The notes under the pieces are model-generated. The model was not told the DNA's origin and did not search any database. It saw only the letters and a list, made by a program, of their open reading frames with translations. From positions 32,001-96,000 of the IMG/VR virus record IMGVR_UViG_3300042897_000994: a stretch of DNA of 64,000 nt; one strand, given 5' to 3'. Position numbers and translations under genes: made by a program. Below are positions 46,749 through 57,018 of the stretch, piece after piece. The stretch is from a virus. The first letter of the stretch is position 1. Each line of letters opens with the position of its first letter.

Positions 46749-47436
46749 AATTAATCATTGGGAAGTACCTGTTTGGATAGAAATAATTCTGTACAAGTCA
46801 TGTGCATATGATCTGAAGCTAGTTAATGATATTAGAACCAGAGCAGTAAAGACCAAAAACGAATCAAATGGTGAATCTCTCTTCATCTTACCTAAAGATC
46901 TTAAAGAACTAATATCTAAAAGACCTTATTCTACAAGATTAAAGAAACAGTCTAAGATGACTGAATCTGAGATAGCACAAGATGTAGATTCTGTTTATTT
47001 TATCAATAATATTCTGAATGCTCTTCAGAATTTGAGAATAGTTAAGATCTTTCTTTCTAATTCAATTTTTACAGGAAGAGTTTATAGTACTTTAGATGAT
47101 CAAGAAGTCATTATGCTAGAACATTCAGTAGAATATGGGGTTTTAGATCTTCCTAAATTCTTTACAGAAAAAGAACTCGAATCTTTTAATAAAGCGATGA
47201 TGAATTTAGGGTTTTTGAGCAACAAATATCTTCAAAGAGACCCCTATTTTAAAATTGGAACTAGTGAATTTTTACAGAAACTTGAAGATTATATAACTGA
47301 ACTTTTCTTAAAAGACGAAATAGAAGATCAAGATTCTAAAATGATTTTTCTTGATAAATTATACGCCTTAATTGATCCAAAGCTTGAAGAAGACGACACT
47401 TTGTTACTAGTCTTGACCGACTATAAGAATTTGTGA
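46732..47436 (+). CDS. hypothetical protein
   Basis: 234-aa ORF, no motif recognised. Confidence 0.6.
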   Translation: MELKNEINHWEVPVWIEIILYKSCAYDLKLVNDIRTRAVKTKNESNGESLFILPKDLKELISKRPYSTRLKKQSKMTESEIAQDVDSVYFINNILNALQNLRIVKIFLSNSIFTGRVYSTLDDQEVIMLEHSVEYGVLDLPKFFTEKELESFNKAMMNLGFLSNKYLQRDPYFKIGTSEFLQKLEDYITELFLKDEIEDQDSKMIFLDKLYALIDPKLEEDDTLLLVLTDYKNL

Positions 47437-47458
47437 TATATAAAAAAACACAAATGTC

Positions 47459-49405
47459 TTGGCAGTTTCAAGTAATACCGTAAACGAAGTCGGAGAATCA
47501 ATTTTAATTACTCTCATAGCTCCTTATGAAAGGGTAGTTTCAGTCTTGTCATACACAGATTCGGTTATAGGAGAGGATGCTTATAACTACTTCAAAAAAG
47601 AGTTCAGATGGTCCATTGATGATGTTACATATTCAGACTATTTGAATTTAACTGATGAGAATCTGTATTCTCTTAATTTAGATCCTAATAATCCATTTTG
47701 GATTCAGTATAGGTATACCGTTGAATCTTTAGAATCTGGTCATGAACTCACATTTGAAAGCATTTCTTTAGAAGTTTTAACAGAGCAAGGCACTCTCGTA
47801 GTTGTTCCTCAATATGAATGCTGTTCCGGTGATGAAGCTAATGTATGCAACAATCTGGTTTTAGAGTGCTGCGGGAATGAGACCTGGAATCCATATAATA
47901 TCGGAGGAGCAATTTCTACATATAAGTTTTTAAGTAAAGCAGTATCTGATATTTTTGGATTTTGTGTTCAGTATTACAAGACTGAAGCTGATCAAAGAAG
48001 CAAAGACGTTGTTCTAAAAGAATATACACTTTTTAATGTGATTGAATCCGCAGAGGTAAAAATCATGGTCCCAGACAATGAATTACCAACGAGAGAGATT
48101 GCATTTAATCCTTTGATGATGGATTATGCAATGGATGTTTTCGAGATTCATGTAGTAAAGAGTGAATTTGAACAGATATTTGGAAGAAAAAAGAAACCAG
48201 AACAGGGAGATTATCTTTATTTTCCTATTATGCAGAAACTTTATGAAGTTAACAGCGTAGCAAGACCAGATGATTTTATGTATGATTCTAGTTACTGGAG
48301 AGTAGGCTTAGTTACATATCAACAAAGAGGTAATTTTGCATTTAGTGATCAAAACATAGAAGATGAGGTGGAAGCCCTTATTTCTAATCTGGATGACTTT
48401 GAACCAGAAGTTATTAAAGAAGAAAAGATCATAACTAAACCACAAGAATATAAGACTGTAGGAACCGAAGGAAATGATTATGTAAGAAGAATTCTTCTGA
48501 AAAAATTAATCATCAAAGAAGAGAAGATTTACAATAACTGGACTGTAGTAGGAAAATATTATTATAGACTTTCTTCGCTCGCATCAGCTGAAAGAGGAAT
48601 AGTCTATAGATACAATTCCGGAATTTCCGAAGCAGATAGTAGAAGTTTCACGTACTGGTTCAAACCTGGATTTACCAAACCTATCTATTCAAACGTAAGT
48701 ATCACTTCGATATCTAATAACGGCGGATTAGCAGAAATAATCGTTTCCGCTACTGGATATGCAGTAGGAGACTATGTAGTTATTGAAGGCACATCCGATT
48801 ATAATGGTTTAGCAGAGATAGTTGAAGTTTCATCTTCATCGTACACTATTGATAAAGATTATGTAAGCTCTACCATTACACCAACTGCTAGACTGCATAA
48901 AGAAGAAAAATGTAATTTTCTTAATTATGAGTTAAATTCTTCAGTTTTATTCGGGGTAAGCTATACGCAGAATTATTATGTGATAGAGATAAACAGTATG
49001 AAATATGTCTTTAATTTGACGACTAATTCAGCTTCTCTTTCAAATAATCAATGGTATGCAGTAGTAATAAATTTCTCGAATGTTTTCCAACAGCTTTCGT
49101 TATTCTTATGGAAATCACAAACCCTTTTAGGTTCTAGCGATCCTACTCGAAACGTAGAGCTCGAAAACATTTATACGTCTACATATCAGACTTCATCAAA
49201 AGTTACTCTAGCTTCTAACGGGGAGTGGGGAGTTTATGGTTGCAATATGCAATTTACCAATTTTAGAATATTTACTCAGCCTATTGAAGTAGAAGAACAA
49301 TCTCTTGTACTTTCTCAATATGTTGTTAAGAATACAGATCTTGCGGAGCTAGTAGACAATGCTACTCCTCAACTCAGATTAAGCAGAGTTTCTAACCCTA
49401 GATAA
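47459..49405 (+). CDS. neck / head-closure protein (gp14-like) with added beta-sandwich domains, TTG start
   Basis: FG..VQYY..DVVLKEY, PEQGDYLYFP...KLYEV; LamG-like C-terminus (NNQWYAVVI..NFRIF). Confidence 0.6.
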   Translation: MAVSSNTVNEVGESILITLIAPYERVVSVLSYTDSVIGEDAYNYFKKEFRWSIDDVTYSDYLNLTDENLYSLNLDPNNPFWIQYRYTVESLESGHELTFESISLEVLTEQGTLVVVPQYECCSGDEANVCNNLVLECCGNETWNPYNIGGAISTYKFLSKAVSDIFGFCVQYYKTEADQRSKDVVLKEYTLFNVIESAEVKIMVPDNELPTREIAFNPLMMDYAMDVFEIHVVKSEFEQIFGRKKKPEQGDYLYFPIMQKLYEVNSVARPDDFMYDSSYWRVGLVTYQQRGNFAFSDQNIEDEVEALISNLDDFEPEVIKEEKIITKPQEYKTVGTEGNDYVRRILLKKLIIKEEKIYNNWTVVGKYYYRLSSLASAERGIVYRYNSGISEADSRSFTYWFKPGFTKPIYSNVSITSISNNGGLAEIIVSATGYAVGDYVVIEGTSDYNGLAEIVEVSSSSYTIDKDYVSSTITPTARLHKEEKCNFLNYELNSSVLFGVSYTQNYYVIEINSMKYVFNLTTNSASLSNNQWYAVVINFSNVFQQLSLFLWKSQTLLGSSDPTRNVELENIYTSTYQTSSKVTLASNGEWGVYGCNMQFTNFRIFTQPIEVEEQSLVLSQYVVKNTDLAELVDNATPQLRLSRVSNPR

Positions 49406-49413
49406 ATAATTAT

Positions 49414-50061
49414 ATGTCAAAAAGAAAAGAAGAACTTAGATCCCAAATCGATCATCTAATTCACGACGATCTACCACTCGAAGTTCCTGGTTACGATGAA
49501 GAAAATATCGATGATGTAGCCAAGAGAACTACCGATTATGTAGATTATACTGAAACAAAGGCAAGGACTCTTACCAAAGCAAAAAAGCTCATGGACGGTC
49601 TTTTAAAATTGTATCTTTCAGAAGAAATTATTGAAGATCATGAATACATCAAAGCCAAACTTGAACTTGATAAAATGGCTTTAAGCTCTTTGATCTTTCA
49701 AATGGAGGCTGCCGAAAGAGCAATTGTTACAATGCTTCGAAACATAGACGATGGCGAAATGCACCCTCGTATGTTTGAAGTTTTAGGTGGAATGCAGAAG
49801 ACTCTTCTAGATATTATCAAAAGCCAAACTATGTACATGATGGCAGCTGAAGAAAATATTAAAAAGATAGGAAGAGATATTGATGTTTATCATTCAAGTC
49901 CCCAGAAAGCAATAGGTCCTAAAAATACAAACTCTGATGGGGGAATGTCAGTAAGAGGAACAAAGGATTTAATGAAGAGTATACAACAAAAACCGGAAGA
50001 AGAGCTTGATTTTCAACCACCTGAAATAGAAGACGTAACTCCAGAAGAAGACGAAGATTAA
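49414..50061 (+). CDS. terminase small subunit (gp16-like)
   Basis: HPRMFEVL...K..LD and GTKDLMK; directly upstream of the large subunit. Confidence 0.65.
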   Translation: MSKRKEELRSQIDHLIHDDLPLEVPGYDEENIDDVAKRTTDYVDYTETKARTLTKAKKLMDGLLKLYLSEEIIEDHEYIKAKLELDKMALSSLIFQMEAAERAIVTMLRNIDDGEMHPRMFEVLGGMQKTLLDIIKSQTMYMMAAEENIKKIGRDIDVYHSSPQKAIGPKNTNSDGGMSVRGTKDLMKSIQQKPEEELDFQPPEIEDVTPEEDED

Positions 50062-50062
50062 T

Positions 50063-51883
50063 ATGCCAGCACAGTATAAAGATAGCGAAGTACAGCTAGT
50101 AGTCCCAAAGGGAGATCTTGAAGAAAGAATTTCCTGGAGCAGTGAAAAAGTCAGCCAGTTTATGCTTGCTCTCGACGAAGGATATAAACCCAAGGGTGGA
50201 ACTCCTTTCTATGAAGGTAATCCTGATTTGAGAAAGGGAAATATACTTTTTGATTATACTGCACATGAAATTGAAGAAATTAAAAAATGCGCATCAGATA
50301 TATGTTATTTTGCCGATAACTACTGCACTGTAATGACTGATGAAGGTCTTAGAACAATTGTTCTCAGAGATTATCAGCATGAAATGTTGAATCACTTTCA
50401 AGATAATAGATTTTCAATATGTCTCGCAAGTCGTCAGATAGGAAAGACAATATGCTCTTCTATCTATATTGCATGGTATGTCTTATTTAACTATGACAAA
50501 AATGCTTTGATTCTTTCTAACAAAGGCGCAACTACTAGAGAAATTATTGATAAGGCAAAAGTAATTCTTGACAATTTACCTTTCTTTTTGAAACCTGGTG
50601 TCGTAAAGAATGACGTCTTTAATATGAAGTTTGATAATGGCTGTCGTATCATCGGTCAGAGTACAACTAAAAAGGCAGCAATCGGTTTTACCATTCACTT
50701 GTTGTTTATGGACGAGTTTGCACACATCCATTCAAGTTTCTTGGACATATTTTACGAAAACGTTTATCCTACAATTTCATCTTCAAAAATCTCTAGAGTA
50801 ATCATAACGAGTACTCCAAATGGTTTTAACAAATTCTACGATCTCTATACTACTTCGATAAACGGTAAAAATGAATATGCACCCTTCCGAGTAGACTGGT
50901 GGCAAGTTCCCGGCAGGGATGATGCATGGATGAAAAGAGAAGTAGCGAATCTTGGAACAGAAGAAGCTTTCAACAGACAATATGGCAATCAGTTTATCGC
51001 TAGTTCTAATCTACTCTTAGGGCCTTCTACTATTAAACGTTTACAGGCTGGAGAAAAAGCTTTTGTTCATCATGAATTTTATGAGTTAGATGACATTGAT
51101 ACTAATTATAGCAGTCTGGTCTGGCATCCTGAATTCGATATTGATAGAACAAGAGAAGACGGAGAATACTGGGTTCTTTCTGTAGATATCGCAGAAGGAA
51201 ACGGTGGAGACTATTCAGTAATTAATATCTTCAGTATTGATGTTATCCCAACTGAAGACTTTAAGAATATCAAAAATCCTGGTACTTTTATCGACTTTTT
51301 TGGATTGAAGCAGATAGGAGTTTTCAGAAGTAATGAGCACACAATAGAAGAATTTAGTAAAATTCTATATGTTTTAGGATTTAATATTTTTGATCCAGAA
51401 AACGTTAAAATGGTTATTGAGTGGAATATGTTTGGATCCGAATTGATTAGAAGAATGGAAACTATTTTTCCAGCCAAGAATGATTTTGATGAAGAAATGA
51501 TAGTCAAATTTAAACATAGAGCAGATGCCAAACAGCTTAAATTCGGATTAAAACTAAAAAGAGATAACAAATCAATCTTCTGTCAAAATTTTAAAAAATA
51601 TGTTTCGCAAAATAGAATTACAGTAGAACACAAACACACAATTACCGAGTGTATTAGTTTCGGTAAAACACCAACCGGAAGCTACGAAGGAATGTTAGGA
51701 AATGACGATTTAGCAATGTCATGTGTAAACGTTTCTGAATTTTTTCATACCGTTGACTTTTCTGATTTTGTAGAAGAAAAATATGACCTTGTAGATAAAA
51801 GTATTCAAAATGTGATTGATGAATTATTGGCAAGAGATAAAGATGACGGTAATCTTTTTTATGATATTTACGATCTAGTTTGA
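50063..51883 (+). CDS. gp17: terminase large subunit
   Basis: LRDYQ, SRQIGKT, MDEFA, ITSTPNG, WWQVPGRD, VDIAEG.GGDYS, NDDLAM. Confidence 0.95.
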   Translation: MPAQYKDSEVQLVVPKGDLEERISWSSEKVSQFMLALDEGYKPKGGTPFYEGNPDLRKGNILFDYTAHEIEEIKKCASDICYFADNYCTVMTDEGLRTIVLRDYQHEMLNHFQDNRFSICLASRQIGKTICSSIYIAWYVLFNYDKNALILSNKGATTREIIDKAKVILDNLPFFLKPGVVKNDVFNMKFDNGCRIIGQSTTKKAAIGFTIHLLFMDEFAHIHSSFLDIFYENVYPTISSSKISRVIITSTPNGFNKFYDLYTTSINGKNEYAPFRVDWWQVPGRDDAWMKREVANLGTEEAFNRQYGNQFIASSNLLLGPSTIKRLQAGEKAFVHHEFYELDDIDTNYSSLVWHPEFDIDRTREDGEYWVLSVDIAEGNGGDYSVINIFSIDVIPTEDFKNIKNPGTFIDFFGLKQIGVFRSNEHTIEEFSKILYVLGFNIFDPENVKMVIEWNMFGSELIRRMETIFPAKNDFDEEMIVKFKHRADAKQLKFGLKLKRDNKSIFCQNFKKYVSQNRITVEHKHTITECISFGKTPTGSYEGMLGNDDLAMSCVNVSEFFHTVDFSDFVEEKYDLVDKSIQNVIDELLARDKDDGNLFYDIYDLV

Positions 51884-51946
51884 TATATAAATAGAAGAAT
51901 ACAAAAAGCTATTCCGCGAAGATATATAAAAAAAATCTAACTAAAA

Positions 51947-54900
51947 ATGGCATTAAGTCCTCAAATTGCTGCATTCAAATCTTCAGGTGTATATAGACTG
52001 GAGTTTGACAAAAGTCAAACCGTAGCTATTCCAGCTGAACAATTAAGACTTATCGTAGGATTTTCTAGAAAAGGTCCTTTTAATACTCCAGTGTTTTGTC
52101 CAGATTCAGGTTTCTTTAGAAGTGTTTTCGGAGACATCAGCAGAGCTGATGAGAGAAAACAAAGTTACTTCCACAGAAGCTGTTTAACTGCATTGGAGAG
52201 AGGTCCAATTCTAGCTCTTAACCTATTGAGATTAAACAACGCTACCGATGGCACCGGAGACTACGATGAGGCATATATGTTCTCTAGTAGTTCAACTTCG
52301 GCTAACGAAGGTTACACCACAGACGCACTCTACTCTGGTTACTACAATCAAGATAAGTTCTTCTATCCAGAAGAAGCAGCTACTTTAACAAACATTGGAG
52401 CGACAGACTCGGCTCCTTTCAACAAATTATTCAACTTCGTAAATCTTGGTCAGTCAAAGCTAACAGTTCTTGTTAGAAAAGCTGCTCCAGATAACGTAAG
52501 AGGTTTCAACGTTACAGTTCAAGACTGGTACGGATCTGCAAATATTCCAAGCTTTTTAAACCCTGAAAGTTATATTTCAGATTTTATGGTAGATGTGCTT
52601 GTAATGGGTGGAGATTTCGGTGCTGATGCAACTGCAACCTATCCTTACGAAAGATTCTCTTCAGATCCTTCTTTTGCTCAATATTTTGACAAGCAAAGAG
52701 GTTTGGTTAGAAAACTTTCTCCAAGTGATGTAACTGATACTTCAGTTGCTCAATTCTTGAATCTTCCACAAGTTCAATTCCTTTCAACATACACAGGTTG
52801 TTTAATCCCTGAATTTACAGATCTTCAAGGTAATAACTTGTATATTGAAACTCTAATTAACGCAGATACTGCAGCAACCGGTTTATTCTGTGCAATAAAC
52901 ACTGCAATGTTTGATCTTGATCTGGTTATCGATGGAGTAAATGGTGGAATTGACCTAGTAGGCCACGAACTCGAAAGACTTAAACCTGAAACTGTAGACT
53001 TCCTTTCGTATAAAGGAACCATTGTATCAGATCTTAGCTATGCAGGAAACGTAAGTACTGTTAATTCGGTTTCTCTATCTGGGTGCACGATTTTACCAGA
53101 AAGTGCGGGAGATATAGAATTTAGCGTATCTAAAGCAAGTAACCTTGCTCTTTATAATGTAATCACAGGAATGACTGCTAACGTTGATGTTAGCGATAGA
53201 ACAGTAGGTACGTATATTCTAACGGCGACTGGAAGTTATGCAGTACCTGTTATCTTTAAAACTTCTACTTCTACGCAAGCTACTTTTGCAGTATCCAGTG
53301 TAAAAAGCGATACTTCTAGTAATTTTAGTGCTGCAGATTTTCCAAATGCAAGTGGAACCCTTAAATTTATTAATCCTGTTGATATGAATTTTGTAACTCA
53401 AGAAGACGGAGATACTGGTACTATTGTTGCAGGACCCGCTTCTACTCTATATGAAGCTGCACAAGACGGGATTGTTACTGATGGTGATAAAGCAGAATTC
53501 GGAGCAACATATGCAACTTCTGCTACTCTATATCTAGACTTTAACGCAGAGAACAAAGATTATATCTATTCCAACAATAGTGGAATAGATGAAATACCTA
53601 TTTCAGACGAATTATACCCACTCCCAGTATTTACTGTAAATGCTTATGAAGATGCAGCTTTCACTTCACCAGTTACTGATGACGCAGATTTCGGAATTAA
53701 TCAGGGAGGTAAGTTTTTCTTCAATACTGCTGAAGTACCTTATACTAACGGTACATTCGGAGTTCAAACCTTTGCAGGTTCTCTTAACATAACAATGGAT
53801 GTTTTAGAAGATTCTACAAATGCTGGAAGTACTCTAAGAGCAAACCAAGTCATCGTAAGTTCTACATATTCTGCAGATGTTCTGGTAGGAAACTACTTAG
53901 TTCAAAATGTAGGAAACACTGCTTCTGGGATTTCTTCTAGATTAACTAGGATCACCGAAGTAGTCGGTTTAAGTAACTTTACAAATCCTTCACACCCTAC
54001 ACCACAAAATGCTCTTAAAATTACATGTACTGGTGAAATCTTCATCAATACAATAGGCGGACAAGACACTGTAGAATTATACTACCCTGTTACTGAATGG
54101 TTTAACTACTATGAGCTTTTCACTCTAGACGGATTTGCATTAGGTTCTTATAATATGCCTGATGGTACTAATGACCAACAGAATAATATCATATACGATA
54201 CTTTATCTGGAACTAACTTATTTAATGCTCTAATCGATAAAGACAATATTTCTTACAGATATATCGTAGATACATTCGGAAACGGAATCGAAGCTGGAGA
54301 TAAAGCACTATTATTTACTCTTGCAAAAGAAAGACAAAATGCATTCTTACTTGCAAACGCTCCTTCAGTAGCAAACTTTAAGAAGAGCACCGATCCTTCA
54401 TTCTTGAATATATTAGGACAGTTTGATACTTACTTTGTTTCTACTGGTGGTAATCTTTCAAATAACCCAACTGTTAGATATTCATTACCTAGCATAACAC
54501 AAGGTTCTAGCTATGGAGCTTTCTACTTCCCATTCCTAGTGGTTAGAGAAAATGGAAGCAACATTACAGTTCCACCAGCTGCTTATGTTTCTAATAACTA
54601 TATCGACAAATATACTGCAGCTCTTCCTTGGTCAATTGTGGCCGGAACTAGAAGAGGGGTACTTGGGGGTAGAGGTTTAGTTGGAGTTGAATACAACTTA
54701 AGCAAAACTGATAGAGATAACGTTGAACCGTTTGGATTGAATCCAATTGTATTCCAACCAGGAAGTGGATTGGTAATCTTCGGTAACAAAACTGCACAAC
54801 AAAACGTTGTAAGTGCTCTATCATCTGCACACGTTAGAGAAGTTCTAATCTACATTCAAGATGGATTGGCCGCAATCTTGAGGAACTACTTGTTTGAATT

Positions 54901-55144
54901 TAATACTGCTCAGACAAGATTAGAAATCAAGACTTTAGCTGATAACTTCATGACAACCGTACAATCAGAAAATGGTGTATATGCATTTAGAAATATCATG
55001 GACGAAACAAACAATACTCCAGATGTTATTGATAGAAATATCGGTATTCTAGATACATTCATCGAACCAGTAAAAGGTATGGAAATCTTGGTAACAAGAA
55101 CAACTATCTTAAGAACTGGCCAAATTCAATCAGGAAATGCCTAA
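51947..55144 (+). CDS. gp18: tail sheath protein with large insertion domains
   Basis: SSGVYRLEFD, GFSRKGPFN.P, VPPAAYV, PWSIVAG..RG, GLNPI, IFGNKT, FEFN, NNTPDVID. Confidence 0.92.
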   Translation: MALSPQIAAFKSSGVYRLEFDKSQTVAIPAEQLRLIVGFSRKGPFNTPVFCPDSGFFRSVFGDISRADERKQSYFHRSCLTALERGPILALNLLRLNNATDGTGDYDEAYMFSSSSTSANEGYTTDALYSGYYNQDKFFYPEEAATLTNIGATDSAPFNKLFNFVNLGQSKLTVLVRKAAPDNVRGFNVTVQDWYGSANIPSFLNPESYISDFMVDVLVMGGDFGADATATYPYERFSSDPSFAQYFDKQRGLVRKLSPSDVTDTSVAQFLNLPQVQFLSTYTGCLIPEFTDLQGNNLYIETLINADTAATGLFCAINTAMFDLDLVIDGVNGGIDLVGHELERLKPETVDFLSYKGTIVSDLSYAGNVSTVNSVSLSGCTILPESAGDIEFSVSKASNLALYNVITGMTANVDVSDRTVGTYILTATGSYAVPVIFKTSTSTQATFAVSSVKSDTSSNFSAADFPNASGTLKFINPVDMNFVTQEDGDTGTIVAGPASTLYEAAQDGIVTDGDKAEFGATYATSATLYLDFNAENKDYIYSNNSGIDEIPISDELYPLPVFTVNAYEDAAFTSPVTDDADFGINQGGKFFFNTAEVPYTNGTFGVQTFAGSLNITMDVLEDSTNAGSTLRANQVIVSSTYSADVLVGNYLVQNVGNTASGISSRLTRITEVVGLSNFTNPSHPTPQNALKITCTGEIFINTIGGQDTVELYYPVTEWFNYYELFTLDGFALGSYNMPDGTNDQQNNIIYDTLSGTNLFNALIDKDNISYRYIVDTFGNGIEAGDKALLFTLAKERQNAFLLANAPSVANFKKSTDPSFLNILGQFDTYFVSTGGNLSNNPTVRYSLPSITQGSSYGAFYFPFLVVRENGSNITVPPAAYVSNNYIDKYTAALPWSIVAGTRRGVLGGRGLVGVEYNLSKTDRDNVEPFGLNPIVFQPGSGLVIFGNKTAQQNVVSALSSAHVREVLIYIQDGLAAILRNYLFEFNTAQTRLEIKTLADNFMTTVQSENGVYAFRNIMDETNNTPDVIDRNIGILDTFIEPVKGMEILVTRTTILRTGQIQSGNA

Positions 55145-55163
55145 ACAAAATAAATAAAAAAGG

Positions 55164-55718
55164 ATGCCATTACCACACTATACTCAAGCTAAAGCTTCTA
55201 TTCAGAAGTTTGAAACGGTACAACCTAACCTATTTGAAGTTACGATGCTCCCTCCTGCGGGTATTGGATTTGACACAGGTCTGGTTCTTCAACATGTAAT
55301 TAAAATCAGCGGTCTAGATGCTGTAAATCCTGCATTTGAAGCAGTTGGACAGAAATATAAATTTGCTGATAGAAGTTATGCAGGTATGCCAGGACAAACT
55401 TATGTAGATCTAAGTATGGATTTTACTGTTAACTTGAATGATGCTAACGAAGCTTATATTTACAAATCTATGCAAGACTGGTATAAGCTAATCTATGATC
55501 CAGCAACCGGGGAAATGGGATTAAAGAAAGATTATGTTGGAACGATTATCGTTCTTCAATATAACAGAGCAGGAGATGTATTTAGAAAGATAACTTTTAA
55601 AGATGCATTTCCTACTGGAAATCCAACATTTGCCGATGAATTGAATTATGAAACTCAAGACCCAGCAGCGGTATCTATGAGTTATAGAAGCGACTACTGG
55701 ATCGAAGAATTAGTTTAA
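55164..55718 (+). CDS. gp19: tail tube protein
   Basis: PNLFEV, W.KLIYDP.TG.MGLKKDY.G, FKDAFP, DYW; follows the sheath gene. Confidence 0.85.
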   Translation: MPLPHYTQAKASIQKFETVQPNLFEVTMLPPAGIGFDTGLVLQHVIKISGLDAVNPAFEAVGQKYKFADRSYAGMPGQTYVDLSMDFTVNLNDANEAYIYKSMQDWYKLIYDPATGEMGLKKDYVGTIIVLQYNRAGDVFRKITFKDAFPTGNPTFADELNYETQDPAAVSMSYRSDYWIEELV

Positions 55719-55733
55719 TTAAACAAAATTTAT

Positions 55734-55757
55734 AAGGGTCCGAAAGGACCCTTTTTT
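55734..55757 (+). terminator. intrinsic terminator
   Basis: AAGGGTCC-GAAA-GGACCCTTTTTT. Confidence 0.9.
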
Positions 55758-55762
55758 ATGCT

Positions 55763-56725
55763 ATGGCTAAAGCGATGAAGTCCAGATCTGCTTCTTCTAA
55801 AACTTCAAAAGAGAAGCCTAAATTATCTGATCTAAAACAGATTGTGATGGGAGGTGATGAAGACACGAAGAGCAATACAGCGGGAAACGATTCTGCAAAA
55901 TCTGATTATTCTTCGGATTCTAATTCAATGCTTAATGCACCTAATTCACAAGTTCCAAACCGAGAACTTAATTACAAAAAAGATCCAAAGCTTTATAAAG
56001 CTCCAGAATCAATTTCTTTGGATAAATCGGCTGCGGGAAGTGCAAAAGCTGCTAAGTCTTTCGTTAAAACCCCGGTAGATTCTAATTATACTTCACCCTA
56101 TCCAAAAGAAACCCCTCTCAGAGATTTAAAAGCTCCTGATATTGTTAATCAATCTAAGGTTTCTGATCCTATAAGTTCTCTTGGAAATATGAAAGTCCCA
56201 GGACCGAAAGATTCTGATTATAGTGATATAAGAAACAATTCGAATCTTGCTTCGAGCAAAAACTTTGATGCATATTCTCGACAAGAATTAGATCCTTCCG
56301 GGAATTCTTCGCAAGTTAGAAATCAAGTTAATCAATCTTTAGCTAATTCTAACTCATCAGTTACTCAGCAGAATTATAAAGACAATAGTGGTAAAATAGG
56401 TAAGGGTGATTTTAGTGATACGCAAAAGGGAAATCAAGAATTTAAAAAAATCAAAGATTCTGCTGTCAAAGAAGGTAGTCCACAAAGAACTTCTTCGATA
56501 CTTGATCAATCTGTAACTGATACAAAAGCCGTAAGTGTTGTAATGCCTGAAATGCCTAAAGAATCTCCAGGTGGAGATCCCATGAAAGGTTCGGTAGAAC
56601 CTACTAAAGCTAAAGATGATTTTACAAGCAAAACAAAATCACAGACAAAAGAATCTATAATGTCTAAAGTAAATGAATCAGGTCTTCAGGCTGCCGGAAG
56701 TTTATCAATAAACGTTTTTAGATAA
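55763..56725 (+). CDS. Ser/Lys/Asn-rich, probably disordered protein
   Basis: 320-aa low-complexity ORF. Confidence 0.6.
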   Translation: MAKAMKSRSASSKTSKEKPKLSDLKQIVMGGDEDTKSNTAGNDSAKSDYSSDSNSMLNAPNSQVPNRELNYKKDPKLYKAPESISLDKSAAGSAKAAKSFVKTPVDSNYTSPYPKETPLRDLKAPDIVNQSKVSDPISSLGNMKVPGPKDSDYSDIRNNSNLASSKNFDAYSRQELDPSGNSSQVRNQVNQSLANSNSSVTQQNYKDNSGKIGKGDFSDTQKGNQEFKKIKDSAVKEGSPQRTSSILDQSVTDTKAVSVVMPEMPKESPGGDPMKGSVEPTKAKDDFTSKTKSQTKESIMSKVNESGLQAAGSLSINVFR

Positions 56726-56775
56726 CAAAAAAATTTGCATTCAGTTAGATATATAATCTAATAATCTAATAATAT

Positions 56776-57018
56776 ATGCAGAAAGAAACCCTAACTGAAA
56801 AGCTACAGGTTTTGCTTTCCAAAAACGATCTTCGGGCTTTAAATACTATAATTGCAGCCAGGTCTATGGAAACGGGAGAAAAACCAGTGCCGGCTTCTTT
56901 TTATATAAGAGAACTTATAAAAAGAGATATTGAAGAAAATTACCCAGAACAAAAAAGTTTTGTTGGGGATAAAGTAAAACAAATAATCAGTAACTATCAC
57001 GAAAATGGAAAACAATAA
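56776..57018 (+). CDS. ribbon-helix-helix-like DNA-binding protein
   Basis: KLQVLLS..D...L..I......S.YIRELI.RDI. Confidence 0.55.
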   Translation: MQKETLTEKLQVLLSKNDLRALNTIIAARSMETGEKPVPASFYIRELIKRDIEENYPEQKSFVGDKVKQIISNYHENGKQ

